Notes under the pieces: model-generated | Seen by the model: the letters and a program-made list of their open reading frames with translations, nothing else | What the model was told of the DNA's origin: nothing | The model's database searches: none | Virus record (IMG/VR): IMGVR_UViG_3300025009_000105 | Location: 1 to 62,857 of that record | Source of the DNA: a virus | Lineage: Duplodnaviria; Caudoviricetes | Length of the DNA: 62,857 nucleotides | Strand: one strand, 5' to 3' | Shown: positions 45,080 to 54,193 of the stretch, piece after piece | Numbering within the stretch: position 1 is the stretch's first letter | Layout of the letters: each line of letters begins with the position of its first letter | Made by a program: the position numbers and the translations under genes

Positions 45080-45958
45080 ATGAGAACCATAACCATCCAC
45101 GCCACGCGCAACGCCACGCCTCCACTCGTCATCCCGGAGGAAATACGTGGGAAGCGGGAGTTCATGCTCCACGACTTCCAGTGTGATGACGACAACTTCA
45201 ATGCTTATTATCCACGCGTCTGTAATGCGGACGGCACCCCGCGCTTGGTGGATGGGGAACCCATCGGACTGCCGGAGACAGAGAAGGCGGGAGAGAACGC
45301 CTACGACATTCTGTATGAGCCGTTCCAATGGATGTGGTTTGAGTTGGTGGTGGAGAGTGCCAAAGTGAATGGCGTTCTGACCATCCCGTTTGAGGTGCTG
45401 AAAACGCAAAGGTGGCCGGACTTGCTTGCCGGAGATAAGGCGTTCTGCAACAAGCGCGGTGTCATTCGCAACCCCCGTACCGAGAAGCGTTATTACGACT
45501 TCATCAACCAAACGTCCAACCTGACCGAGGAACCCGCAGGGAAGGAACGCGTCACAACCTGCGGCAACCAGGTGATCATGTGGGGCGGAGAAAAAAGCAT
45601 CGGCGGCGTGCCGTTCCAGGGCGTCCTGTGTCTCGAAGCCACGAAACTTCCGACTTCAGCGGAAATCCTCGCTCACCCCCTGTACCGATACTTCATCCAC
45701 ACGGCGACCACATGCAGACCGGAACCGGCATACGCAGAGAACTTCCCGCGCAGAGCAAAGGCACCGCACGGGACATACGTGGTCAATCCATTCCCGCACC
45801 TGGGCGGACTGGATGTACCTGTGCCGTTCGTTTCATCTGGCGGAGAACAAGTGGATCTGATGGGACTGCACTGCTGCGTGAACTATATTGCCACCCGCAG
45901 GCTTGTCCTGCTCGATGACAACGAGATGCCATCACCCTACGTGCGCCTCAAGCGGTGA
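45080..45958 (+). CDS. hypothetical protein
   Basis: 292-aa ORF with genome-typical codon usage; no motif recognised. Confidence 0.65.
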   Translation: MRTITIHATRNATPPLVIPEEIRGKREFMLHDFQCDDDNFNAYYPRVCNADGTPRLVDGEPIGLPETEKAGENAYDILYEPFQWMWFELVVESAKVNGVLTIPFEVLKTQRWPDLLAGDKAFCNKRGVIRNPRTEKRYYDFINQTSNLTEEPAGKERVTTCGNQVIMWGGEKSIGGVPFQGVLCLEATKLPTSAEILAHPLYRYFIHTATTCRPEPAYAENFPRRAKAPHGTYVVNPFPHLGGLDVPVPFVSSGGEQVDLMGLHCCVNYIATRRLVLLDDNEMPSPYVRLKR

Positions 45959-46129
45959 TTCGTCGGTGTACTTCCTGATCGTCGGCTCCTTCATGTCGAT
46001 GGAGACAACGTACATTCCAAAGTCCCACTTCCTGTGACGGATGGTGGTCATAATTGTAACCACACTCGCAAGCGAACTTGCGAGTGTGTATATTACATCA
46101 TCCATGACGGTTGGGGGTTCTGGTTCCAT

Positions 46130-46564
46130 TTATTTGTTGTCCGGGTCTAATATAAACATCGCAATATGCCTGCCCGTTCCCTTGTGCGCGGTTTTGTCCT
46201 CGATGGCTCTCCATTGAACATCTTTTAGGTTTCGGACTTTTGCGCCTGCATCCAACAACATTAAAACCCACTTATCAATCGGATAAACCATTACGACACG
46301 CTTGCCTTTTTTGAACTCCTCGATACATTTTCGAGCCCACGCCGTTGCCCCTCGTTTCTTTCCGTCCTGATAAACAATTGCGCCAAAAGGAGGGTTGACA
46401 TAGTTAGACTGACCCCATTCTGCGGTCAAACCATCAAAATCATCCGGTTTGGGGTAGGGACAAGGGTCAAAGTCGAAGTTGAACTCGGCACGCAGATCAT
46501 CCATTAATTCGTCTGGCGTCAGCCAGTAATGCTTTCCATCTTTCGCGCCTTGAGTAAATGTCAT
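46130..46564 (-). CDS. small phage N6-adenine DNA methyltransferase
   Basis: WLTP, F.FDFDPC, DGL..EW, YVNPPF. Confidence 0.8.
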   Translation of the reverse strand: MTFTQGAKDGKHYWLTPDELMDDLRAEFNFDFDPCPYPKPDDFDGLTAEWGQSNYVNPPFGAIVYQDGKKRGATAWARKCIEEFKKGKRVVMVYPIDKWVLMLLDAGAKVRNLKDVQWRAIEDKTAHKGTGRHIAMFILDPDNK

Positions 46565-47001
46565 TTTATTCTCCCGACGCTTCGCCAGTGCCCATCGATG
46601 TATTCCTTGATGATCTTAGCGGGGTTGCCCTCGACCATGCAGTAGGGCGGGATGATCATGCCTCTTACTACTGACCCGGCTGAAACAACACAGTGATCCT
46701 GCAACCAACAGTCATAAAGCAGCGCCAGAGAGCCTACAAAGACGCCCTTCTCTATCCAGCACCTTTTCAGCACCATTTCGCCTACACCACCCTGTTTTAG
46801 GTCATGGCTGGCAGTCAGGATGTTCACCCTGAACCCAAATGTGATGGATTGGTTGCACCGCATCTGTAGATCACCACGGAAGTCAATCAACCCGATTTGC
46901 CTGTCCCAAAACCACTGCGGCTCGAGGCCGGACACCTTGGCGGGATCATATTCTCCGAGGATGGAACCACGCTCTACGAGGAGTTTCAGGTAGTCGGTCA
47001 A
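46561..47001 (-). CDS. left-handed beta-helix (hexapeptide) acyltransferase
   Basis: ILTASHD, IEKGVFVG, VVSAGSVV, GNPAKII. Confidence 0.8.
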   Translation of the reverse strand: MTDYLKLLVERGSILGEYDPAKVSGLEPQWFWDRQIGLIDFRGDLQMRCNQSITFGFRVNILTASHDLKQGGVGEMVLKRCWIEKGVFVGSLALLYDCWLQDHCVVSAGSVVRGMIIPPYCMVEGNPAKIIKEYIDGHWRSVGRIK

Positions 47002-47169
47002 TTATTTTCCCTGCCACGAAAGCGCACCAGCGCATAATCCGACGAAGAAAAAGATACCTGCAATGGTGTAGGACTGCGGTTGTAATTCGACAAACCTAAG
47101 AACAATCAGCCATAACAGGGCGAGGAATGACAACCACGATGCAAGTGAAATGATCTGTGATACTTTCAT
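47002..47169 (-). CDS. 55-aa two-TM peptide (not in the ORF track)
   Basis: ATGA-coupled to the upstream gene; two hydrophobic stretches. Confidence 0.45.
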   Translation of the reverse strand: MKVSQIISLASWLSFLALLWLIVLRFVELQPQSYTIAGIFFFVGLCAGALSWQGK

Positions 47170-47537
47170 TCTTGCTCCTCTGAGTCGTCATCAAACGGTT
47201 CGCGTCCTGCGGGAAGAAGGCGCGATAGCGTTTCCTTCATTTGCCTTATTGTATCTTCGTGCTTTTCCCTCGAGATCAGATTCGGCACATACACACTGAC
47301 AGGATTGACCTTGCATTGTTCGGCGGTCAGCCCGGCAACCTCCTCGCTGACCATCGTCACGCAGTACAGTGAGGTCTCTCCATAGAACTGCGTGAATGCT
47401 GGATATTCGCTTGTTGCAGGCACGTCCACGCGGAGCATCGGTGGTCCGAGTTCCACGCTTTTCTGGATTAAGCCAGACACAACCTTGCGTCCCATCAATT
47501 CAACAACTGCCCATTGACCAGAATTTTCGTTCTCCAT
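47166..47537 (-). CDS. conserved phage hypothetical protein
   Basis: WAVVELMG, LRVDVP, TQFYG. Confidence 0.7.
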   Translation of the reverse strand: MENENSGQWAVVELMGRKVVSGLIQKSVELGPPMLRVDVPATSEYPAFTQFYGETSLYCVTMVSEEVAGLTAEQCKVNPVSVYVPNLISREKHEDTIRQMKETLSRLLPAGREPFDDDSEEQE

Positions 47538-47545
47538 TTTTCTCC

Positions 47546-48094
47546 TTAAGAATGATCACCAAGCCACTCGAAAGTTTCGGTTATGATCTTGCGCCCGTCT
47601 GTAGGTAAGTCGGGTTGGTTCAACAGAGTTGCGATTGCCTTGTTTGCTTTTGCTCCGAAGTATTCCCAGGTTCGTGTGTCACCATACCTGTCTCTGGCGT
47701 GTTGGTCCACGTCCCGGGATGAGATTTGACCTTCCCCATAGAAAACGTCCATAAGAAGGTTGAGAATTTGTTCGTTGTTCAGATGGTAGCGCTCCCTGGC
47801 TTCGTACAGGGCGCGGAAATGAGCGCGGTAAATGTACGGAGATTTTCTTGCACCACGAACAAACGAGGCGGCGCGCGGCATTTGGCGCAACTCTTTATAG
47901 ATTTGATACGCGTGACTCAAATCTTCGACCGAATCAACAGAGATTCCCATGTCGGAGGCAAGTCCGATAGTTGCGCCCCTTTCGTACTTACCGACTATTT
48001 GACCACAATAAAACGCACTAACCCAAGTTTTTGCGTCGCCTTGGCGGTACGCCTCTGTTGCCTTGCGAAATAATTTTGCTAATTTCTCATCCAT
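47546..48094 (-). CDS. hypothetical protein (possible HTH)
   Basis: LASDMGISVDSVEDL. Confidence 0.6.
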   Translation of the reverse strand: MDEKLAKLFRKATEAYRQGDAKTWVSAFYCGQIVGKYERGATIGLASDMGISVDSVEDLSHAYQIYKELRQMPRAASFVRGARKSPYIYRAHFRALYEARERYHLNNEQILNLLMDVFYGEGQISSRDVDQHARDRYGDTRTWEYFGAKANKAIATLLNQPDLPTDGRKIITETFEWLGDHS

Positions 48095-48584
48095 TTTCCC
48101 TCTCTGGAAAATTCAACTTTGCATATTCTCCGTGCAACCGTTTTGCGGCTTCGTCGTATGCGCGTGCCGCCTCTTCTATGGTTAGATACGATCCTAAATA
48201 AATAGGTTGCTTTCTTACTTGTATCAGCGCATACCATCTGTTTATGTTTTTCTTTTTATACGCCCCCCTATATCCAGTTGTGTTGTTCTCTCTTGTTTTT
48301 GAGTTCATTTGATTTTGAGAACAAGTACACACCCGCAAGTTTTCTTCTCGATTGTCTAACGTATCATGATTAATGTGGTCTGTGTACATTCCTTTCGGAG
48401 TTCCGGCTATAACAGAGTGCATAATAATTACTTTTTTACCGTCAATATATGATGTTCGGACTGCGTAAAATGAACGCATCTTAGGATCGTAATGCGCTTG
48501 CCACTTATGTTGACTTAGTTCATCGTACCACCAATCGTCAACCGTAGTTACTTGACCTTGCGTTAGGTGGATTTCTTTTGCCAT
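48087..48584 (-). CDS. HNH endonuclease with AP2 domain
   Basis: IHLTQG, MHSVI, DHINHDTLDNREENLR, TGYRG, AARAYD. Confidence 0.92.
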   Translation of the reverse strand: MAKEIHLTQGQVTTVDDWWYDELSQHKWQAHYDPKMRSFYAVRTSYIDGKKVIIMHSVIAGTPKGMYTDHINHDTLDNREENLRVCTCSQNQMNSKTRENNTTGYRGAYKKKNINRWYALIQVRKQPIYLGSYLTIEEAARAYDEAAKRLHGEYAKLNFPERENG

Positions 48585-48585
48585 G

Positions 48586-48658
48586 GTCTCCTAAAAAAGA
48601 TTGGGAAGGCAGGGATGGGAGCAGCACCCATACCTTCCCATCTCAATTCATTTTATCA
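48586..48658 (-). promoter_or_regulatory. extended -10 promoter plus hairpin leader of the HNH-AP2 gene
   Basis: TGATAAAAT, then GAGATGGGAAGGTATGGG...CCCAT-CCC-TGCCTTCCCAATCTT, then TAGGAG. Confidence 0.55.
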
Positions 48659-48691
48659 GGTTCCGCGCAGAATACAATATGACATTCGTCA

Positions 48692-49270
48692 CTACTTCCT
48701 GCACAAATACTCATGCCATACCCAACGACTGTCCTCGATCATAGCCCAACCCAGGACGCCGTGCGACATCTCGCGGATCTTTACTTCGGTTCCAATGGGC
48801 AGGACGTACATAATATTGGTTCCGGCAGGCATTCCATAGACAGGGGCATCTATCCCGCAGATGACGTAAACATGGGGGTCATAATCAAGCGGGTTGTACA
48901 CTTCATCCGGGGTGAATTGGCTCTCTGTCAGATAGTTGGCACAGACCCAATGTTCCTGGTTGGAGACATGTGCCCAGGATTGGCACTCGTCAAGGTTGGC
49001 ATCGTAAAGCCAACTGTCCACCAGAACGACGGAGCCTTCCGGGTAAAAGCCAACGTCAAGGCAGGTTACGGAGGGGCAAGTGCGTTGGCGCAGGTCTGTG
49101 GTGACAAAAAACACTCTTGGCGGGTAAGTTGTGACCGTCGAGGTTGGCGACTGTGTTGCAGATAAGGTTGGCAACGGGGTTTCTGAGGGTTGGCGATACC
49201 TGTTTTCCAGAGATGAACAACCAACTATCAAAGCGCCGACCATCAATAGCAGGATAAGATTACGGTTCAT
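48692..49270 (-). CDS. lipoprotein with two SH3b-like domains
   Basis: lipobox LIVGC; Thr/Pro linker; R.CPS and W..V...WV...YL twice. Confidence 0.7.
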   Translation of the reverse strand: MNRNLILLLMVGALIVGCSSLENRYRQPSETPLPTLSATQSPTSTVTTYPPRVFFVTTDLRQRTCPSVTCLDVGFYPEGSVVLVDSWLYDANLDECQSWAHVSNQEHWVCANYLTESQFTPDEVYNPLDYDPHVYVICGIDAPVYGMPAGTNIMYVLPIGTEVKIREMSHGVLGWAMIEDSRWVWHEYLCRK

Positions 49271-49505
49271 TGGTTTTTCCTTCGGTTGGCACAGTCGGCA
49301 CTATGGAGACGATCTTATTATCCTCGACTTTGGCATTCGGGATGATGATAACCAACAGTGGAATGCCTCCGTTTCCTGGAACCTCCATTAATTCAACTTC
49401 CTTGCGCTTCGCCAACTCTCCGATGTACTCAAACGTCAGTATTTTCATCAGATCGGTGGGTTCGCTTCCATTGCTCGAAGGCGTTCCTGTGAAAGAGATA
49501 GTCAT
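49260..49505 (-). CDS. hypothetical protein
   Basis: 81-aa ORF within the operon. Confidence 0.5.
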   Translation of the reverse strand: MTISFTGTPSSNGSEPTDLMKILTFEYIGELAKRKEVELMEVPGNGGIPLLVIIIPNAKVEDNKIVSIVPTVPTEGKTNEP

Positions 49506-49712
49506 TTGTTGGCCTTGATCCTTTCCGGCCTTTGCCGATATAACGTACAGACTTCCTGTGCTTGTCTGGAGTGCGCCATACCACTCCTCTAAGTTCGCCA
49601 GTTTTTGCGTTAATTCGCCATTCTCGCCTTGGTTCTTTATCCGTTTTGATTATACTGACAAGATGGGCATTTGCAAGGCGCGGGATTGATTCTGCAAGTG
49701 CCTCTGGCGAAA

Positions 49713-50576
49713 TCAAAAAGAAGGCTTGGGCTCCTCGGGCGGTTCGGGATCCTTGTAGATGGCAGGATTGACAAACACCTCTTCTTTACCGGGTTTGTTG
49801 ATGTCGTCCGTATCGTAAGTCGGAGGATAGTGCAATCTTTTGGAAATGGGCGCAACCTTCCAATCCGGGTCCTGATAGTTCATAATCCCGTCTCCATCGT
49901 CATCCTCGAGCATCTGCGCAAGGATGGGATAACCCATGGCTTTTGCGGTCTTGGCAGCCTGCCCGGGACCGGGGAATTGCTTCCTGATCTCCTCAAGGCG
50001 TTGCGACAGTTTCGCCATGCTCTCGATCTCGGCTTGGAAGTCGTTGGTAGTTTCCTGTAATTCGAGACGGGAGGCAATGCTTTTCTGTCGCTTGGCCTCA
50101 GATTTACTGCCTTCATCGATCATCCACCACCAGGCAAGCATGATAGCCTGGGCGCCGGTCAGGATGATCACAATACCCCATAGCAGGGCTGCGTTAATTG
50201 AGATGACGTCCACCAGATAGTCCAGGAAGGCGAGGACAAGGGAGAGCAGGATACCGCCAACTGTGCCAACTGCTGCAATATTGCACTGGCTCTTGTTGCT
50301 GTACTTGCGGGAATGCGGGTACAGGAAGTCCCACCAGAACAATGCCAACACACCGGAGACGATGACTGTGACCGAGGCGAGCAAGATACTGCCGGTCATC
50401 TTGGCGACCACATCGAAAGCGCGCACATCCAGTGAGATGAAGATGATATTGGCTGCGATCAGGGCGAGAGTTGGCACGATCTTGCGCTTGGTCTGTTCCT
50501 TCTTTTCGTGCTTCTGCTTCTCCAGATTGACTTCGGCAGAGCGTTTGTTTTCAGCGAGATCTGAAATTTGTTTCAT
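49713..50576 (-). CDS. four-TM membrane protein with C-terminal coiled coil
   Basis: AAGGAG SD; four hydrophobic helices; DDDGDG motif. Confidence 0.7.
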   Translation of the reverse strand: MKQISDLAENKRSAEVNLEKQKHEKKEQTKRKIVPTLALIAANIIFISLDVRAFDVVAKMTGSILLASVTVIVSGVLALFWWDFLYPHSRKYSNKSQCNIAAVGTVGGILLSLVLAFLDYLVDVISINAALLWGIVIILTGAQAIMLAWWWMIDEGSKSEAKRQKSIASRLELQETTNDFQAEIESMAKLSQRLEEIRKQFPGPGQAAKTAKAMGYPILAQMLEDDDGDGIMNYQDPDWKVAPISKRLHYPPTYDTDDINKPGKEEVFVNPAIYKDPEPPEEPKPSF

Positions 50577-50816
50577 TTGGTCTCCTTCGTTATTGAAAGA
50601 ATTGTGCTGTTTTGAAAGAGGGCGTATTTACCAGTTACCTCATTACGGCAACTTGTGAACGAGTCGTTGACTTGGACATACGAACAAACAACAGTTGTTC
50701 CATCAACAAATCTTATAACTCCCCCCCCCCTTCAATACCGACAGTGAAAAGACACACCGAGAACACGATAAGCGCGGCGACAACGAGAATAAACAAAAGT
50801 CCACCAACACGATCGT

Positions 50817-51155
50817 TCATTTTTTCCTCACTTCCATTGTCTGAATGACCTGCTTGACACAGGTTTCCGGGTCTTTGCGCAACATCGTTGGCGAGAAGCG
50901 CAGGAGAAGCCAACCGAGCGTGGCGGCGATATTATACTTCTCCAAGTCCCGGTCCATCATGTGCTTTCCGCCACCCGGCGCGCCCCAGGCGTTGCCTTCC
51001 ACCTCGATTGCGACCTTGTAGTCCGGGAACGCAAAATCAAAGCGGTGTTTCCTGCCGAGGTGCTTGTCGAAAGGATATTCCGCCTCGGGCTGGATGAGTG
51101 TGCCGTACACTTTCCAGATGAAAAGGAACTCCCCGGCGCGGTCAGAGTGTTGCAT
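50817..51155 (-). CDS. PD-(D/E)XK endonuclease (Vsr/DUF559-like)
   Basis: EYPF...RKHRFDFAFP..KVAIEVEG, D.EKYN.A...GW..LRF. Confidence 0.8.
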   Translation of the reverse strand: MQHSDRAGEFLFIWKVYGTLIQPEAEYPFDKHLGRKHRFDFAFPDYKVAIEVEGNAWGAPGGGKHMMDRDLEKYNIAATLGWLLLRFSPTMLRKDPETCVKQVIQTMEVRKK

Positions 51156-51373
51156 TATGGCACTATCCGACCGGCGATCAGTTCGATCTCGTCAGGGGAG
51201 AGAGTGATTTCGCCATTGGAAAGACGTTCAACTTCGTCAGAGAGTTGGTCGGCGGTCTTGTTCCAGGCACTCCATAGCGCGGGGAGGACAATGTGCAGGC
51301 GCGTGATGAAATGGTAACGGATAGCCTTTGATTCGGACTGGCTGAACTTTTCCCCAAAGTTGTTTCTTGGCAT
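51155..51373 (-). CDS. hypothetical protein
   Basis: AAGGAG SD before MPRNNF. Confidence 0.5.
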   Translation of the reverse strand: MPRNNFGEKFSQSESKAIRYHFITRLHIVLPALWSAWNKTADQLSDEVERLSNGEITLSPDEIELIAGRIVP

Positions 51374-51441
51374 AGCGGTCTCCTTTTGCTCTATTCTACT
51401 CTCACTCTCTCGCCTTGTCAATCTCCCGATACAGTTCGGAA

Positions 51442-52704
51442 TTATTCTCCTATTGCTGTGAACTGTGCAACCAACCCTTCGGATGGGTGCCAGAGGAATC
51501 CTTCCGCAGCCTTGACCGACCCGACGAAGCCATGGTCATGCGTCCAGGTATCTGCCGGGGCGAGGGAACGCTGCACCCGGATGGTGACGCCCAACTTCTC
51601 GTCAATGCGCAGTTCCAGGGACTTCTTTTTGTGTATGTGGGCGATATGCCATTCCCGGACTTTCGACTTTCCCCACAGGAGAGGCACTTCGGTTGCCATG
51701 ATGGAAGGGAGTTGATCCACGTTTTCGTAATCTCCGTGGGTGAAACCGATCAGGTTCGTGCCATACAACTTGTACTTGCGTTTGTTCGCCTTATTATCGA
51801 CCTCCACATTTTGATTGTTCCTGAAGTAGCAGTCGAGAGAATCCCCCATGTAGAATGACCTTTGTTCGTCGTGGTTGCCCGGGATGATAAGGACGCTCAC
51901 CGGGGCTATCTGCATACAGGTCTCGATCATCTCACAAGCCAGTTGCCGACCGAGGCGGAATGTTTTCGCCCACCTGGTATCCTCCTGCTGTGGGGTGCCG
52001 TTGACCGTGGTGTCGTGCTTGTTATCGACGTTGAACCAGTCATTGCCGACCGGAAGCAGCACCTTCGAGATCTTGAACTTGTCTGCATAGGACAAGAGAC
52101 GGGCAAGGGCTTTCTGGACAGTCTTGCGTGCGATCTTGACATCGTAGTCCTTACCGCTTTCCTCCGCCCAGGCTAGGCGGCCGAAATGTAAATCGGGGAA
52201 GTCGATTTCGTAGATCAGGTTCTCCGGCGCCTTCGGGTACTTGATGCGCGCCACCTTCGGGGAGTGCTTGCGCAGGTCTGCCAGGATGTCATCGACCGCC
52301 TTCCTTGCGTGGATCTCATCGGTCTTGCGGACAAGCCAGAGTTTGACGCGGTACACGGGTTTGGCAATGATCTTGCCTGTGTCGTGGACATCACCTTGCA
52401 GCACTTCTCCGTCCCTGACCACCCATTCCACAGACCTATCCTTGCGCCACCCTTCGTCCACGCCGCATGTCCAGCGGTCCACAGCCCATTCAGTTGTGTC
52501 GATGTTGCAGGCTCGGATGGCGTCCTTCTCATTCATCACACGCTCATGCACAAAGGCTTCCATCTCGGCCTTTTCGCCCTTGACGGACAACCGCATTTTC
52601 CCCGCATCTGGTTTCTGATACTTCTTGCACTTCTTGCACTGAAACCATGCTCCCCTGTTCGCCCACTCCGTTCCCCCGCAGTGGTCACATTTGAGTTTTT
52701 GCAT
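51442..52704 (-). CDS. calcineurin-like metallophosphoesterase with N-terminal zinc ribbon
   Basis: DLHFG, GND, PGNHD, THGD, HIH. Confidence 0.85.
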   Translation of the reverse strand: MQKLKCDHCGGTEWANRGAWFQCKKCKKYQKPDAGKMRLSVKGEKAEMEAFVHERVMNEKDAIRACNIDTTEWAVDRWTCGVDEGWRKDRSVEWVVRDGEVLQGDVHDTGKIIAKPVYRVKLWLVRKTDEIHARKAVDDILADLRKHSPKVARIKYPKAPENLIYEIDFPDLHFGRLAWAEESGKDYDVKIARKTVQKALARLLSYADKFKISKVLLPVGNDWFNVDNKHDTTVNGTPQQEDTRWAKTFRLGRQLACEMIETCMQIAPVSVLIIPGNHDEQRSFYMGDSLDCYFRNNQNVEVDNKANKRKYKLYGTNLIGFTHGDYENVDQLPSIMATEVPLLWGKSKVREWHIAHIHKKKSLELRIDEKLGVTIRVQRSLAPADTWTHDHGFVGSVKAAEGFLWHPSEGLVAQFTAIGE

Positions 52705-52731
52705 TTGACCTCCGTCATCTATGCGACAATT

Positions 52732-52941
52732 TTACTCCAAAACGGCGGTTAGTTTTATGGCTTGCTCATACGCCACCTTCGACTTTACTCCGCAATTACG
52801 AAGTATCCGATACTTGCGGACCCTCTCCAGCATCTCCTCCTCGGTCTTGAGTTGAGCGAGGTGGAGACCTTCGGCAATGTGCTGGGCGGCGAATCCGTTT
52901 TCAGCGAGACCTTCCTGGACGATCAATTCTACGATTGTCAT
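52732..52941 (-). CDS. hypothetical protein
   Basis: AAGGAG SD; 69 aa. Confidence 0.5.
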   Translation of the reverse strand: MTIVELIVQEGLAENGFAAQHIAEGLHLAQLKTEEEMLERVRKYRILRNCGVKSKVAYEQAIKLTAVLE

Positions 52942-53029
52942 ATCTTACTCCTTGCTCTCCATCCGTAAACGTACCCAAACAACCACCCAACTAGGTACGC
53001 TACAACTCCAATCATAATATATGTCATGG

Positions 53030-53611
53030 CTACTCCTTATCAAGAACGATTGAATTTTCGACTTCGTTACCGAACGCGGCCCACCCTTGTCGAGGGTGTC
53101 TTGCGAATAGTTCAAGATACTTCCTGCCGGGGTACAGGCGCTCGATCTTGCCATACTGCTCGTCCGGCTTCCGTGAGTGTTCCCGGATGGGTGTCACTAT
53201 CAGGTTTCTTTCGCTTCGGGTGGCAACTTTCATGGTTCCCTTGACAGCCAGAAGGCAGGGTTCGGGGTTGGCGCGGGTGTAATATCCGAGACCGATATGG
53301 AAACCCATTCCAGACTTATTGAGTTTTACCCACTCGAAACCAAGTGTCCGATACCTGAATCCCCAGGCATTAATCACCCTTTCGGCGTCGAATATGCGAG
53401 GCCAGACCGCCCACATAAACAGGGCGCAGTTTTCAGCGGCAAGGTCGGCAATTGGCAAGGCGCAAATATCATCCACAGACATCACATCGTAATGGGCGGA
53501 CGGGGTGCGGGAGTTTGCCTTCTTGTCCCACGTCTCGAAGTTCCACGGTGGATCTGCGAGGATGACGTCGTACTTCTGGGATTCAATCGCCAGTTTGGTT
53601 GAGGTGTCCAT
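53030..53611 (-). CDS. MT-A70 family adenine methyltransferase
   Basis: ILADPPW, LFMW, WGF.Y, GYYTRANPE, HSRKP, ELFAR. Confidence 0.9.
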   Translation of the reverse strand: MDTSTKLAIESQKYDVILADPPWNFETWDKKANSRTPSAHYDVMSVDDICALPIADLAAENCALFMWAVWPRIFDAERVINAWGFRYRTLGFEWVKLNKSGMGFHIGLGYYTRANPEPCLLAVKGTMKVATRSERNLIVTPIREHSRKPDEQYGKIERLYPGRKYLELFARHPRQGWAAFGNEVENSIVLDKE

Positions 53612-54192
53612 TATCCCCATTGCTCCGCCATAGCATCGGCAATTCCCTGGTAGGTTCGGCTTCTTTCCATCCACCTTGTCTTGCTGGGCGGGATGTTGTT
53701 CCTGCCGCTGGGTGTTTGGTTCTGCCATCGTCCCGATTCCGGCAGTTCAAGAATGTTTGTTGCAGCAAGTTTCGGCAGGTTTTTCAACCACAAGCAGGTG
53801 GATTTGCTTTCCGGGTGTCCGAATTGGAATGGTTGAATAATCTGGTCGGGCTTCCTTACTTGTGTGCTAATGCAACCAATGGGGTTTTCAAGCGCTATTT
53901 TTTCTATCGGAGCATTGAGCAGAATCCGCACAAAATCCAGTGCCTCGCCGGTCAATTTGCAGCGTTCCGGGCGGCGGCTATTCCAATGCAACCCGCTTGA
54001 CGCTAAATACGTACATGGAGGATGAGCGATCATCATATCCCAACCGTCGTTCAGGATGTCCATTACGTCACCCTGATAATGTTTGCCGGGTCTTTCGGAT
54101 GGCAACAGGTCGCAGGACATGGCGCCGTGCCCTCTGCTTGCAAAGGCATCCCGGACAATTCCGCTGAACTCACAGGCAACCAGTATTTTCAT
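53611..54192 (-). CDS. short DNA cytosine methyltransferase-like protein
   Basis: LVACEFSG, HPPCTYL, LENP, K.TCLWL, RSRTYQGIA.AMA.QW. Confidence 0.8.
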   Translation of the reverse strand: MKILVACEFSGIVRDAFASRGHGAMSCDLLPSERPGKHYQGDVMDILNDGWDMMIAHPPCTYLASSGLHWNSRRPERCKLTGEALDFVRILLNAPIEKIALENPIGCISTQVRKPDQIIQPFQFGHPESKSTCLWLKNLPKLAATNILELPESGRWQNQTPSGRNNIPPSKTRWMERSRTYQGIADAMAEQWG

Positions 54193-54193
54193 G

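Noticed and set aside
50720-50731. Poly-C tract as a phase-variation switch
   Set aside because: It lies at the end of a tiny uncertain membrane ORF; slippage cannot be supported without reads
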